From: Geosiphon pyriformis uo1
Taxonomy: Eukaryota; Fungi; Glomeromycota
DNA: 64,000 nt
Assembly (NCBI GenBank): GCA_016748015.1
Contig: JAAOMT010000630.1
Coordinates: forward strand, 186,001-250,000
Direction: 5' to 3'
Shown: positions 40,492 to 53,055 of the stretch, piece by piece
How the letters are laid out: the number at the start of each line of letters is the position of its first letter
How positions within the stretch are numbered: the first letter of the stretch is position 1
Notes under the pieces: generated by a model
Databases searched by the model: none
The model's input: the letters and a program-made list of their open reading frames with translations, nothing else
Told to the model about the DNA's origin: nothing
Position numbers and translations under genes: made by a program

Positions 40492-41796
40492 CTGGTATTT
40501 TTATTGATAATATTATCTGGATTGAAAATGACCAGATATCTATACAGTATATTTTGAATATTGTCAGTAAGTTTTTTTTATTTAATAATATCTTAATTAA
40601 TAATGATAAAACAGTGGCTATTTCTATTAATCAAAAAGTTAAGAATGCTTTTTTGAAAATTAATAGACTGCCAATTTTAATTGCCAAGAGTAATATACTA
40701 CACAAATATTTGAGGATTTTTTTGTTAACAGATAATCTGTCCAAGTTTAGTTTGGTCAAAACTTATTTTAATAACAATTTTTTTTGAATATAATGTTAAA
40801 AAAAACTATTACAAATAAACAATACTTCTATTTGGTTTTGGCTGTTTTACAGCCTATAATTGAATATTAATCACAGTTCAATTTTGTTTTTTTTGAAACA
40901 TGTTGCTGCTAAAATGTTATGATCAAGAAAAGTCTTAAGTTAAAAACTGACTTGTTTTGAAACTTTTCTAGTAAAAAACTATATTATTTTTTTTATATAA
41001 TCTAAAAACATTCAAACAAATTCAGACTAAAGAAAAGATTATCTTAATAATTGTTTTTGTGAATACTATTGGCATTTTTAGTTAGTTTTTCAATTCCAGA
41101 TTTTTAGATTTACAGATTTTAAATTAGACTTTTTTGAATTTTTTGCAGCATCTAATTAAGTTACAAGTCAGCTCTTTCAACAATTTTTTGGCTGAAATAA
41201 TGTGTATTTTTTTGGAAAATAATTTGTTTTGTATATTTCTCAGTCCTAGTAAATTTTTTATGTTAATTGTTTTGAAAACTTCAATGTACTTTAATAAGAT
41301 TGATTCTCTGAAAAAATTCAGTATGGCTTTTTGTGATAGGCTTTTAGATAAGTAAAGCAGAATTATGGATTAAAAAACTTTCTATTACTAAAAAAAACTA
41401 GATCCTAAGAGATTTATGTCTTTTTGGTTTGCTTTGACATTAAGATTTTTACATAATTTTAATTTTGTGTTGAAATCTTTTAATGTGATTTCTGAATTGG
41501 CAAATATTAGTGTTTTGTTAATAGATAAGTTTTCAACTTTGAAAAAACATCTACATAAGATTTGGTCAAATTTAGTTAATATGTATATCAATAGATCTTT
41601 AAAAAATTTAAGTTCTGTTGTTATTATAGATAGGACTGTTGTTTATTTTTTTGAAGTAGATTTGGAAGTTGAAGTCAAAGTTTATAAGTTGTTGTCTTTA
41701 ATATTGACCAAATTACAAGTCATTACTCTTTTTCTAAAATACATGTTTTTTTTTGTGCTGTAGTTATGTACTTAAATAGTTAGGCTGTTATAGATA

Positions 41797-43128
41797 CAAG
41801 GAGATATAAAAAGTATTGGACACTTTTATAATATGTTATATAAAAGAACTAACTTATGAATTGTTAATTTTTTTTTATTATATTAAAATACATGTTAGTA
41901 TTTTGTTTGACCCCCATTTGCTTCAAGAATAGCTTGAACTTGATGTGACATAGACTTGATCAAATTATAATAGTAATTTACAGATATTGTATCTCATTCT
42001 TCCTTAACTCACTGTTCCAATTGTACAATATTTGAGGATTGTGAATTACATTGACGAATTTTAACTTCAATATATGACCAAAAATTTTCTATTGGAGTAA
42101 TATCAGGACTTTGTGCTGGCCAAGGAAGTAATTCAACATTTGAAGAGGTAAGAAAAGAATGCACGACTTTTGATGTGTGAATTGGTGTATTGTCTTCCTA
42201 AAAAAAAAACTTTTTTTTAGTTTTTTTTGCATGAAGTTTTACCATAGGAATTGCATAATTAGCCAAGGTTTTATGGTGTATAACTCCAGTAATATGACCA
42301 ACCAAAGGAACTAAAGGACCCAAACCAACCCATGAAAAACATTCCCAAAACATGCGACCAAAGCTTTTTCTAACTGTGACTGCAATACAATTCTTATAAA
42401 ACTCTTCGGAAGGTTTACGTCATATACATCCAAATCCTGTAGTCCTAAATTGTGTATATGTAGATTCATTTGACCAAACAACTCATTTAAAATCTTTTAC
42501 TGTCCAATTTTCATAAGTACAAGCCCATTGTAAACGTTTTTCTTTATTTGATTTGGAAATTAATGGCTTGAGATGAGGAATATACGAGCAAAGTCCTTCT
42601 TGAGCTAATCTAATTCGAATAGTTTGTATAGAAATAGATTTGTTGGTATCTTTAATAAAATTCAATCATATTTGAGAAAGAGTTTGACAGCAGGTTTCTT
42701 TATTCATTATTATTGAATATTTGAGTTGTTCACATGTGCATTTGTCAAGAATTTGTGGTCAGCCCGTTTGTTTTTTAGGAAGTTTTTTTAGCTCATATGA
42801 CTTTCATATACATATTACAGAAGAACGTAAACATCCAATAGTCATTGAAATCTTACTATTTGTATGTCCTAACTTTTTGGTATTCAGAAAGTTCTTTTCT
42901 AAGACACATTTAATGTGGTAAATTTTTTTACGACAAAAATGTTTGATATTTTATAAATACATGTATGATCTACTGTTGTGTTTTACAAGGACGCGATTTA
43001 TGTTGATTTGTAGATTATAACTATAAGTAATTATAAAAAAAATTATGGCTTAAATTGATAATAGTATTATTATATATAGCCTTTTTTATATATTATATTA
43101 AGTGTCCAATACTTTTTATACCTCCCTG
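41797..43128 (-). mobile_element. Tc1-like (DD34E) DNA transposon
   Basis: 29-bp TIRs CAGGGAGGTATAAAAAGTATTGGACACTT (left copy has two G>A), with TA on both sides (41795-41796, 43129-43130). Confidence 0.95.
41895..42962 (-). pseudogene. Tc1 transposase with premature stops
   Basis: KPLIS..KEKRLQWA, VWSNES, EDNTPIH-WPAQSPDITPIENFW (34 residues between D and E), and the C-terminal GGQTKY*. The start position is approximate. Confidence 0.9.
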
Positions 43129-45036
43129 TACATATATATTAGAATTGAAGTTTTTGAGTTTTAATTTTCATGATTGCTGTTGAATAGAGAGAAAACATAT
43201 TGCAAACTTAGTTAAAAATAAAAAAATTTTAGTGATTTGATCAAAAATTAAAAGACATTTAGAGATTTTAAACAATATTTGTGCTAATACTTTAGTAAGT
43301 AAGACTGCATATTTGTTTTTACTATTATCTAGCAATATATGTAAATGCTTTATTAAGATTAATGGTTTAATAGTTTTTAGTAATATTTATTATTTTGTTT
43401 ATGATATTTATAGATTAATAAATTGTATTTGCTAAAAAGCTAAGCCTAATTTTAGAATAATTAAGAGTTTTTTGGTTTATAAAATTAATTGAATTTATAC
43501 TGCTATAATTTAGTATCTAGATGTACATAGCTTTTAAATTTCATTAATAAAACTTTAGCTGGTTTGTGCACATATTTTATGAAAACAGTTTACAGAAAAT
43601 TGTTTGTTGTAGTCAAAAAAAAAACTTTATAATAGAGATTATCTAGGCATTTTATGTTTATAGTATAAGAAAATTGAGTTTTCTGATTATGTATTTATAT
43701 ATTTACAAAAAACTGACTCTTACAGAAAAATAATTTTTAACCAAGTTTTGGTTTAGAGATTTTTGATAAAGCTTCATGTTTTGTTGTCTTCTATGATAAT
43801 AGAATTATTTTTAATATATTTGTTAAATGTTGAATTATACATACTTTTTTACAAGAACTTTGTTCTTAAAGATTAGTATAGTAAAACAATACAGATATTC
43901 AATAACCATAAAAAAATTATTTATGTATTAGTTAATTTTGTACATGAATTGGATAAATGTTATTGTTTTGTTTTGTAGAAGTTTAGATTTAAGTTTAGAT
44001 ACAAAGTTAACACAAAAAAACACAAGTTAATTGGTAATAATGAAATAGTATTTAATGTTTTTTGTATTTTGAAGACTGGATTATTAGATAAGATAATCAA
44101 ATTGATTAGTATTAACAAATCTTTTAGTGTTAGTTTTGGTTTTTATAAATCTTGTTTGTTTTTTTAGGTCTAAATAAAAAAGTTTTTGTTTATATAAATA
44201 TGTAATATTGTTTTGATTAGTTCAAGTAATTGGTTACATATAAAAAAAGCATAAATTATATTTAGTTAAAACTTTTAATTTTGGTTTTATATACTAAATA
44301 ATAATTAAGTTGTACTTATTAATATAATAATAATAATAATAATAAATTATCATTTTTTTTATTAATAATTTATTAACTATTTTATTTAATATAATTAAGA
44401 TTTTTAATGTAAATTTTAAGTTATTAAAATAATTTTTTCTTTTTTTTTAAATTTAAATAAAGATATTATTATTAAAATAAACATATAATATAATTATAAC
44501 TAATTATATTTGAAAAATATATAAGTTATATTTAATTTAAAATATTTAATTATTATATTATATTAAATTGTAATTGAACTTTATTTATTAAATAAAAATA
44601 ATAATAAAAATATAATTTTTAAAAAAACATTAAAACAATCTAATTTTATAATAAATTAAATTATAAAAAACTTTAATTATTTTAATAAGTTATAAATTAA
44701 AACAGTAAAACATATTGGAAAAAACTCTTTCTTTCGTTAATCCCCCGGTCACAACAAGAGCTTTGAGTCATCACTGAAATAGCCTTCCTTTTCCCTTTCC
44801 CCTTCACCTTTCTCCAGTTATTTCTTCAGACATTCCCCCTTTTGTTGCTATGAAACTGGTGGACTTTGCTGCTGGTGGTTTTGGGTCCATTTCAGCTGGG
44901 TTGGGAACTCAGTCTGGTGTCAAAAATAAGCGCTTGGTTGGTCTTCATTCTCACGGTGCATCCTATAAGAAGCTGAAGAAATCTGTGATGATTGACAGGT
45001 TGGTGGAGTCGTCTACTGGTGTCTCAAACATTATGG

Positions 45037-46464
45037 TGTTATGGTTTAAGAATTTAGCAAAAAGAATCATAAAAATAATACAAACTATTCAATCATAATA
45101 TAGCACAGTAATAATCTTAAAAAGGTAATGATTAACATAATAGCAAACACCATCTCGCAATAGTGGCAAGCACCAATTCACAATAGCAGCCAACACCAAC
45201 TGGTGATAGCAGCAAGCACCAGGTTGAAATATCAAAAAGAAAGTATTTTCTCGTAGAACTACAAACATATATATATACAGTAGTTTTAATATTGGGAAAG
45301 AATTAATCAAGTAATAAAAATCATAACTTATCAAGCAATAGATCCAATTTTATTCAACAAACTCCACTTTAAATCATACTTTCAAATTAAATATCCNNNN
45401 NNNNNNNNNNNNNNNNCTCTATTGTTTCAGCAAAATTCGCTTCAATTCCTTTTCCTGTCGATCCGAAACCAAAAGTTCCTCTCGTTGTTTGTGACAATTC
45501 CTCACGATTTTCTACTGGCACGAATTTCCCAATTTTTACCAATGATAGGAAAATTGCTTGTGCAATCTTTTCCTTAGATTCAATGGTATAAGGCTTTTCT
45601 GAATTGTTCTGTAGCAAAACCATCAAATTTCCAGTGTATTCGGAGTCAATTACTCCTCCTTGAACACTTATTCCTTTTTTCGCAAGGCTTGATCGCGATT
45701 CCATTTGAACCATTATTCCTGGCGGAATTTCAACCGCTATTTTTAGGTCGATTTTGGTGATGCTCCTGGGTGGTAACGTTGTGGATTGGTCTTCCAGATA
45801 ACGTAGATCGAATCCGGCGTCGGTTGGATGGGCTCTTTCGGGTATTATTCCTAAGTGCCCATTGTCGAAGTATCGGATGTCGGTCACCTGTTCTAGGTCG
45901 GTATAGGCTACAAATTTTTCTGACTCGGGACTGTCAGGTGAGTCTTGTTGATGTATTGATTGATTTTGAGACTGCTGATTCTCAATTTCCATTTTTCTTT
46001 CCAAGTCCCTTTTGTCTTGACACTCTTCACAGCACTGACTTTGGCACAGGATGAGACAGTTTTCGCAGAGGTAAGTGTTGATTTGGGCGAGGTATTGTNN
46101 NNNNNNNNNNNNNNNNNNGTTGTTACTAATTGATAAAAGCTTTATTGTGAGAATTAGAAAAGCACTAAAGACCATTAACATTCTGTGTTTCTAGATTAGA
46201 GAAACACATCAGGCAATTGCAAGGATAGCCTCAAAGAAGACCCCAAACAGTGGGTAGATTTCAGTTCAGCCTCTGAGAAGGAGTACATAAACACACACAA
46301 CAATCAAGAATTAAAGAATAACTTACATCGCAACAGTAAAAAGAAAGCCTTCAGTGTAACAGTGATATTATCACACAAATAGAATTGAGGAACTCACAAA
46401 AAACTGATTGCAATTAAAGCGGGATATCAGCAATTAAATATAACAAGAAAACCATCCCGTAACA
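45037..46464 (-). mobile_element. Young LTR retrotransposon insertion, collapsed by two assembly gaps (N at 45397-45416 and 46099-46118), containing a dUTPase fragment
   Basis: TGTTA...TAACA ends with a perfect TSD ATGG (45033-45036, 46465-46468). Confidence 0.85.
45417..46098 (-). CDS. dut: dUTPase domain with an upstream Cys-rich motif, internal part of a retrotransposon polyprotein
   Basis: All five trimeric dUTPase motifs: AGFDL, SRSSLA, GVIDSEYTG, IAQAIF, RGTFGFGSTG. The frame is open at both gap ends. Confidence 0.92.
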
Positions 46465-48233
46465 ATGGATGAAAGTGGTGACGAACCTAACATTGAGCAA
46501 TCATGGGCTAGCAAAGTCAACAGCAAAATGGACAGCGTGAGTGGCATCTTGGACTTGGATAACGTGGAAAATGTCATCGCTGAGGAAACTTGCTATGTGG
46601 AGTTAGATGTTTCGGGTTTGGACGATGACATGAATGATACCATGCCAAGGAAGATGTGTACCCGCACCTATGTTCTGAACAGTAAGCCGCCACCTCTTTC
46701 TTTCAATGTTCCAAGTGATGGTGAGGATACTTTGCCTCTCCCAAGTCCCAAATTTTATGGATCCAATTGCCTTTCTCCAATTGGGTCACATGCATCAGAG
46801 AAACGGAATTTTAATTCATCAAAATCATTTGCATTAGATATTGAGCTATCTGTAGTTCCTGGCAAAACTAATAATGATAAAATGATCAGTTTGAAAAAAA
46901 ATTTTTATTGCATTAATGAGTTTGGGAGAGCCTCAACTCCCTCAAAATTCCCTAGGATCATCAGATCCTCATTTACTTCTGAAATTAGTTTAAATAAGGC
47001 TAGGAAATTGGCAATCAGTGAGAAAATTTTAGTCAATGATAATCTGAGAAAATCAAGTGTTCATTCAAATCAGGAAGTGATCGTCAAGGAAATCCCAGTG
47101 GATCTTTCCAAATCGGCAATTGAGGCAGTGTTCTCCAAGTTTGGCAAGATTATTTCAATCAAAGTACAGCTTATTGGTCTTTGGCAAAAGGCCCTAGTAG
47201 AATATAAATCATCTGAAATGGCTGATTTGGTCGCAGCTAGATGGTCTGTGCTTATGAGAAAGAATTTTGTTTACGTGGCAAAGACAAATATTGATAAACA
47301 AATGTGGGTGTTAAGAGATCAGCATCGGGCATTGCTTTACACTCTTCCAGTTGGCACCAATGTTTATGACCTCTCCAGTTTGTTGGAATTATATGGTGGG
47401 AAGACTTGTTATATCGGCCGTAATCCTAGTTCGTATGTTCGTGATAGATGCACTGTAATTTGTTTTGGTGATGAGGCATCCAAGTTGGCTGCTATTGGTA
47501 CCGTTTCAGTTTTCAAAAATGTGAGTTTGCATTGGACTGGTCTTTCTTTGGCCAGTTGTACTTGTTGTAAACAATTCGGTCATGTTACGGTCAACTGTTT
47601 CTTGGATGAGTATTCTGGTGTTTGAGGAAGGAGGGTGGTTTCTGAGCAAGATCGGATTCATCTAGCTGGGATATATAAGAAGAAATCAGCTCTTGTCGCT
47701 CATCCAGTCTCATTTGGTGGTAAAACATGGGCCCAAGTTGCTGGTGGCTCTCCTTCTCATATGATTTCCTCTGGTTTGGTTGGTACTGGCTTGTATTCTG
47801 GTTTGGTTCTTTCTTCAATGGCAACTGTTTCTCCTACTGTTTCTCATTTGAATGACTGGCTGGTGATTTTGGAGCGCTCTTTAAAGCTTTTGACTGACCA
47901 TGTTTCTGGCATTTTGGCTTGACTGGAATCCATTGATTTGGTTCCTGTGATGACCCCTTCTCTGAGCCTTCTTCCTGTTGTTTCTGAAACTTTGTTTTCT
48001 GATGTGGTTTCTGATATGATTTTGGATACTGCTTTGGTCTCGTCTGGTACTCCTCCATCCGTCTTTCATGATGCTGTTGTTGAGCTCAGCTCTAGTAGTT
48101 CTAAAGTTTTCACTGCCAAAATGGGTGGTTTAGAAACAAAATTGTTTGCTTTGAAGGCCTCGGTTGGTTCGGTTTTGGATAAGTTAAACATTCTGTGCTC
48201 TGGTTCGGGTTTGTCAGTTCTCCTGTCTTCTCA

Positions 48234-51200
48234 ATAACTTACTTAATTTAGAAAATTGCCACGTGTAATATAAGAGGTATGAACAATCCTGCAAAACAGG
48301 AAGATATCATTCATTGGCACAAGGATATGAACAATTTGATTTCTATCATTACTGAGACCAAACTGAAGGGCAAGATTTGTCCATGGATTGCAACTAGGTT
48401 TAATGGTGTTCGAGTTTTTACCTCAGATCAAGATTCTGGCAATCTGGGTTTGGGTGTAGCTATTGTTGTGAACGATTTTCTGGCTTGCCATGTGTGTAAG
48501 GTTTCTGAGGTGCCTGGTTGGCTATTCTCAATTAAGATGCTTTTTAAGAACAAACTTTCGGTATCAATTTTGGGGCTTTATGCTGGTGCTTCTCTGGCGA
48601 CACATTTCTCTCAAGCCAGTAAGGTCAATTCTCTAATAGCTGGGACTGTGAACAAGTCTTCTTTTGTTGTTTTGGGTGGTGATTTCAATGAAGATGGCTC
48701 TCGCAGGTGTGCTAGTTTTAAGAAGTGTTTGGATTTGGGTTTGGTCAATTCTCTGATGGGGAATTCATTGGCTAAGTGTCCTACCTGGAAAAATTCAAGG
48801 AGTGTTGTCAAGACTATTGATTACGTGTTTGTTTCATCAAATTTGGTCAATGCAATAGTGAACCGAGACATTTTGGATGTTAGTAAGTATTTTGATACTG
48901 ATCATCAAGCGGTTTGTGTGTCCATGGGTTTGGGTGGGCTTTTGGATGTGCATTTGAATTCTTTTCATAGGCAGGTGAATAGGGATCAATGAAAGTTTAA
49001 CATTAGGAGTGCTGATGAGAGTAGATGGGACAATTTTAAGAGTGCCACTTTGGCCAATGCTGTAATATTCTCAGATAAGTTTGCCACTGTTATAAGATTC
49101 TCCGATTTGGATGTGATGTGAGACATCATTCGCGAGGTTATGGTGCTTTCAGCAGATGGCATTTTCAAAAAAAAATGGTTCAAGGACTTTGATAGATCTT
49201 TCTCCAAGGAATCCTCAAAGTTTCACAAATTGGAGCTTTTGGTTTCTAAGATTTTCAAGGCGTCACGTGAGGGAGATATTGTTGGTTTTTTTTTTCATGG
49301 ATTGTTAGGCTTCGCTGGACAGTGTTAAGGCTTTAGTCATTCAGGATCTGATGGATTCTGGTATGGACTCTGGTCGTGTTCTTTCTGCTCTTTCGAGTGC
49401 TCGGAAATCATATCATGCATCTAAGCTCATTGAGTCTTAGATTGCCAAGGAGGCCAACATTAGATTAGTCATAGATAAGAGGATGGAGAGCTTTGAGGTC
49501 GATAAAGATCATACAATAAGGAGTGTGCTGGAGCGCCCATTTCATAAGGTGGTGCTTGACCACTTGGTCGCTGATAGTGAGCTGGTTTTGGAGCCTGATC
49601 AAGTTAAGAGCAAGGTGGACATAATCATGGAGGAGTAGACTAGGAAGCGTCAGGTGGTTGACAATATGTCAAGCGAATGGTGTCGCCAATATCAGCCTTT
49701 GGAGTATGTTTTTAATGAGGCTTTCTCGGGGGTAATGTGTCCAATTGGTTTTAACAAGTTGTTTGGAATGGTTTTCATCCTTCCTGATGGCAAAGCTGCT
49801 AGTCTGTTGGGTATCCCAAATGAGCTTTGGAAACATTGTGATAGGTCTGTCTTGGAGATATTGTTGGTGTTTTTGAACTCTTGTTTGGCTGGTGAATCAG
49901 TGCCCGGCCCATGGAAAGAGGCCTGGGTTTCAATAATTCCCAAGCCTTATGAGTGAGAGGGTGTTCTGACAAACACACGTCCTATTGCTTTGATCGAAAC
50001 AGCTCGTAAGATTCTTTCCAAGGTTCTTTCTGATAGGATTTCTGCTGCATGCAGCACTTTTAATGTTCTTCGTGGGGATAATTTCTCAGTTTTGAAGAGT
50101 ATGACTATTCAGTCTCCCATTTTTGTGATTGGTTTGGTAATTGAGGATGCTCTGGAAAAGGACCGTGAACTCTGGCTGGTGTTACAGGATATGAGGAAGG
50201 CTTACAATTCAGTTGGCTGGGAGCATCTTGAGAAAAGTCTGGTCAGGATTAAGATGTGCAGCAAGTTTATTCGGTTCTTTGGTAGCATACATAAGGGTCG
50301 CACCAATCGGGTGATGACGGATTTTGGTTTGACTGGTGGTTATCATGTGTATGATGGCTTAGATCAGGGTGAAGTTTTTTCCCCCTTTTTGTGGCGCATC
50401 TTCTATGATCCTTTGTTGTGTGAAGTCAAACGTCAGAAGAGTGTGTGTGGATATAGGCTTAATTTGTACTTTATCTCTAAAAATGGACGTGTTGAGACTC
50501 AGGCTGGACATTCTTCTTTTTTTGCTGCTGGTGCTTTTGTCGATGATACAATTTGGGTTGGTAACAGTCAAGCTGCTGCTCAGCACATTCTCAATGTTGC
50601 CAGTGAATTTTTTCGGATCAATGATATCTTTATCAACAATACCAAAACAGTGGCCATTTCCATCAATAGCAGAGTCAGCAGTCCCTCCCTTTTTATTAGC
50701 GGCTCTCCTATTTCTGTTGCCAGAAAAGGGGAATCTCATTAGTATCTGGGTATTTTTCTTTCAACTGAGAGTCTTTCGAAGCCGAGTTTGGCTAAGGCAC
50801 ATTTGGATGTTCACTTTTTCGTCAATTTGGTTCTGAGGAAGGCTATTTCAGATAAACAATTCTTATACTTGGTATTGGCAGTTTTCCAGCCCATAATCAG
50901 TTATTGGACACAATTTAGTTTTATACTGGTTGGTGTTTGTGCCAAGTGGAATGCTCTGGTTCACAAGAGCTTGAAGCTTAAATCTGGTCTTCCGCTTGAT
51001 TTTCCCAGTGATACGCTGCACTACCCTTCATTTTATGGTTTGAAATCTTTCTCGCAGATACAATCTGAATGTAAGGTGGCCTCTCTCGTCAGTTTTGTAA
51101 ACTCTGGTGGGATCTTGGGTCGCTTATTTTCTCACAGGTCTCATGACTTGCAAGTTCAGTGTTGGCATCCTATTCATCTATTAAATTCTCCTGTTTGTGT

Positions 51201-52919
51201 TAATATTAGTGCTTCCAACAACTTTTTAGCAGGCTTGGTCTGTATTCTTCTTGACTGCAATTTGTCTTTAGGTGGATCTTTTGTTAGTTCTTTTCGGTCT
51301 AGTGGCAGTACACCTATGTCTACTGTTTTAGATGAATCTAAGTTTTCCAAGTTTCTTTCTTCTCTCCGATGGTTTGGCATTGCCTTTGTAGATCAACTTC
51401 GTGATTGTCATGGTGCCATCTTTAACTGGTATACCTTCAAGTGTTGGAAGAGGCTGGACCCCCATGGCTCTGTTCCGGAATGGTTCAGGCTTGCTACTGT
51501 ATTTCTCAATAATGCTTCTCTCCCTTCTAATAATCAGTTTGTCTCAGATGGTGCTGTTCATCGAGATATTTTTGGTTCTGCTGATTATGCTTCTGTTTGT
51601 GGTTGTCTTTCTCAGGTCATTTCTGGTAGCTTGTCTGTTTACACAGACAGATCTTTGGGAAGTTTGGGTACTGCTGAATGTAGAGCTGGTGCTGCTGTTT
51701 TTTTCAAGGACATTGGTTTGGGTTTGGGAGTTGGTGTATTGGGCTTGATGTCATCCACCCTTGCGGAATTGCAGGTTATTGCATTGGCCATAGAGTGTGT
51801 CCTTTTGTCCTGTTCCATTTGCATGTTTTCTGATAGTCAGTCAGCTTTGAGTGCTTGTGAGTCAGAATTGAATCTTGTGTGTCCTGACTTTCGCAATCAG
51901 TGTTGGGTTGAGCGTCAGCATATAGCTAATGTTATTCATAGTAAAAATTTGAGAGTTCGTTGGCACAAAGTCAAAGGTCACTTTGGTGTTTCTGGTAATG
52001 AACGTACTGATGAGATTGCTGGCGTTGCCTCTTTTTCCAGTTGGCGTTTGCATCCTTGCTTGGATGACATTTTCTGGTGGCTAATGGTGGTGTGGTTTCG
52101 GGCAATTCGAGACACTTTGTTCATGATATTTGCCGATCGATTTGTTGTGCACGCTGGGAAGTTGGTTCTGGTGCTAAGTTTTTAAGGAATAATTTGCTTT
52201 TTAATGTTGACTGGTTCTACTCTTCTTTGGTCTGGCATCCTGACTTGCACATGGCCACCAGCTCCACCAGCAGGCCCTTGGCTAATGCTCATACCTATTT
52301 CATGAAGGCTCTGCATTACTGGTTGCCTGTTGCTGTGAGGAAGCATCTTTATAATAAATGTTACCCTAGTGTGTTGTGTTTATATTGTGGTGATGTGGAG
52401 TCTTCAGACCATGTGTTCTTTTGTAAGGTCGATGATTCTGCTTGTAGTCGGATTTTGGATTCTTATGTGGCTTCTTGGAAGACTCTTACTGGTTTGTCAT
52501 TCTCTTTGTCAGTTGTAATACAGCTTTTGTCATCTTGTGCCTCTGATTTCCCTGTGTTCATGGTTCTATGCAAGGGTTTTGTGTTTAATGATTGGTTTTG
52601 CGAGGTTGTTTCTGTGTTCTGTGATCCCAAAATTGCAGGATTGGAGGTGGTTAAGTTTGTGCGCTCTCTTAATTTTGTCTTTAGGGATGGTGTTTGGATG
52701 GTTTGTGCTAAGTATCATGTTTACATGGAGAAGGCCAAATTGATTCTGTTGGATGGTTCAACACCTGTTTCAGTCTCTGGTTTGGTTTTGGGTTTTTTGC
52801 TGGTGTTGTCAAGCTGTTTGGCATTGCTGAAGCTGTGGATGTTCGTTTCGGTTTTTGTAAACCATGTTTATTTTTTTTCTGGTATAGGCAGATTAGTTTC
52901 AGTTCGTATATCTGTATAG
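48234..52919 (+). pseudogene. LINE ORF2 (APE-RT-RNase H-Zn finger)
   Basis: ITETKL, GGDFNED, DTDHQAV, QDMRKAYNSV, AFVDDTIW, WHKVKGHFGVSGNERTD, CLYCGDVESSDHVFFC. Confidence 0.93.
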
Positions 52920-53055
52920 TGTTATTCTGATCGGCCCGAGTGGCTGGTCATGTGTAGACAATGCATGATTCATGCCTAGTATAGATCATTTTCTTGATAT
53001 GTAGCTCTAGGTAGTGTTTGGACCTCACTCGTAAAATGAAATAAAAAAAAAAAAA

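Larger units (their letters stand above)
38419..44345 (+). mobile_element. Heavily decayed LINE copy 4 (ORF2 and 3' UTR), interrupted by solo LTR-C and Tc1
   Basis: Relics GIFIDNIIW, INNDKTVAISINQ and NMYINRSL. 3' UTR homologue at ~44205-44322, followed by a (TAA)n tail. Confidence 0.85.
44850..48237 (+). pseudogene. LINE ORF1, split by the insertion at 45037-46464
   Basis: Removing the insert and one ATGG joins ...GVSNI|MDESGD in frame. RRM-like segment and CTCCKQFGHVTVNC present. Confidence 0.9.
44704..53055 (+). mobile_element. Full-length LINE copy 3, with ORF1 interrupted by an LTR element
   Basis: 5' UTR, ORF1, ORF2, 3' UTR and poly(A) at ~53043-53055. Candidate TSD AAATTAAAAC at 44694-44703 and 53053-53062. 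Confidence 0.93.

Noticed and set aside
45387-46181. 264-aa ORF as a standalone host dUTPase gene
   Set aside because: The ORF spans two N gaps, so its start and stop are artefacts. The domain is part of a retroelement polyprotein.
8834-52919. Alternative genetic code or stop-codon read-through explaining the in-frame stops
   Set aside because: Stops fall at different positions in different copies, derive from TGG/CAR/CGA by transitions, and co-occur with frameshifts.
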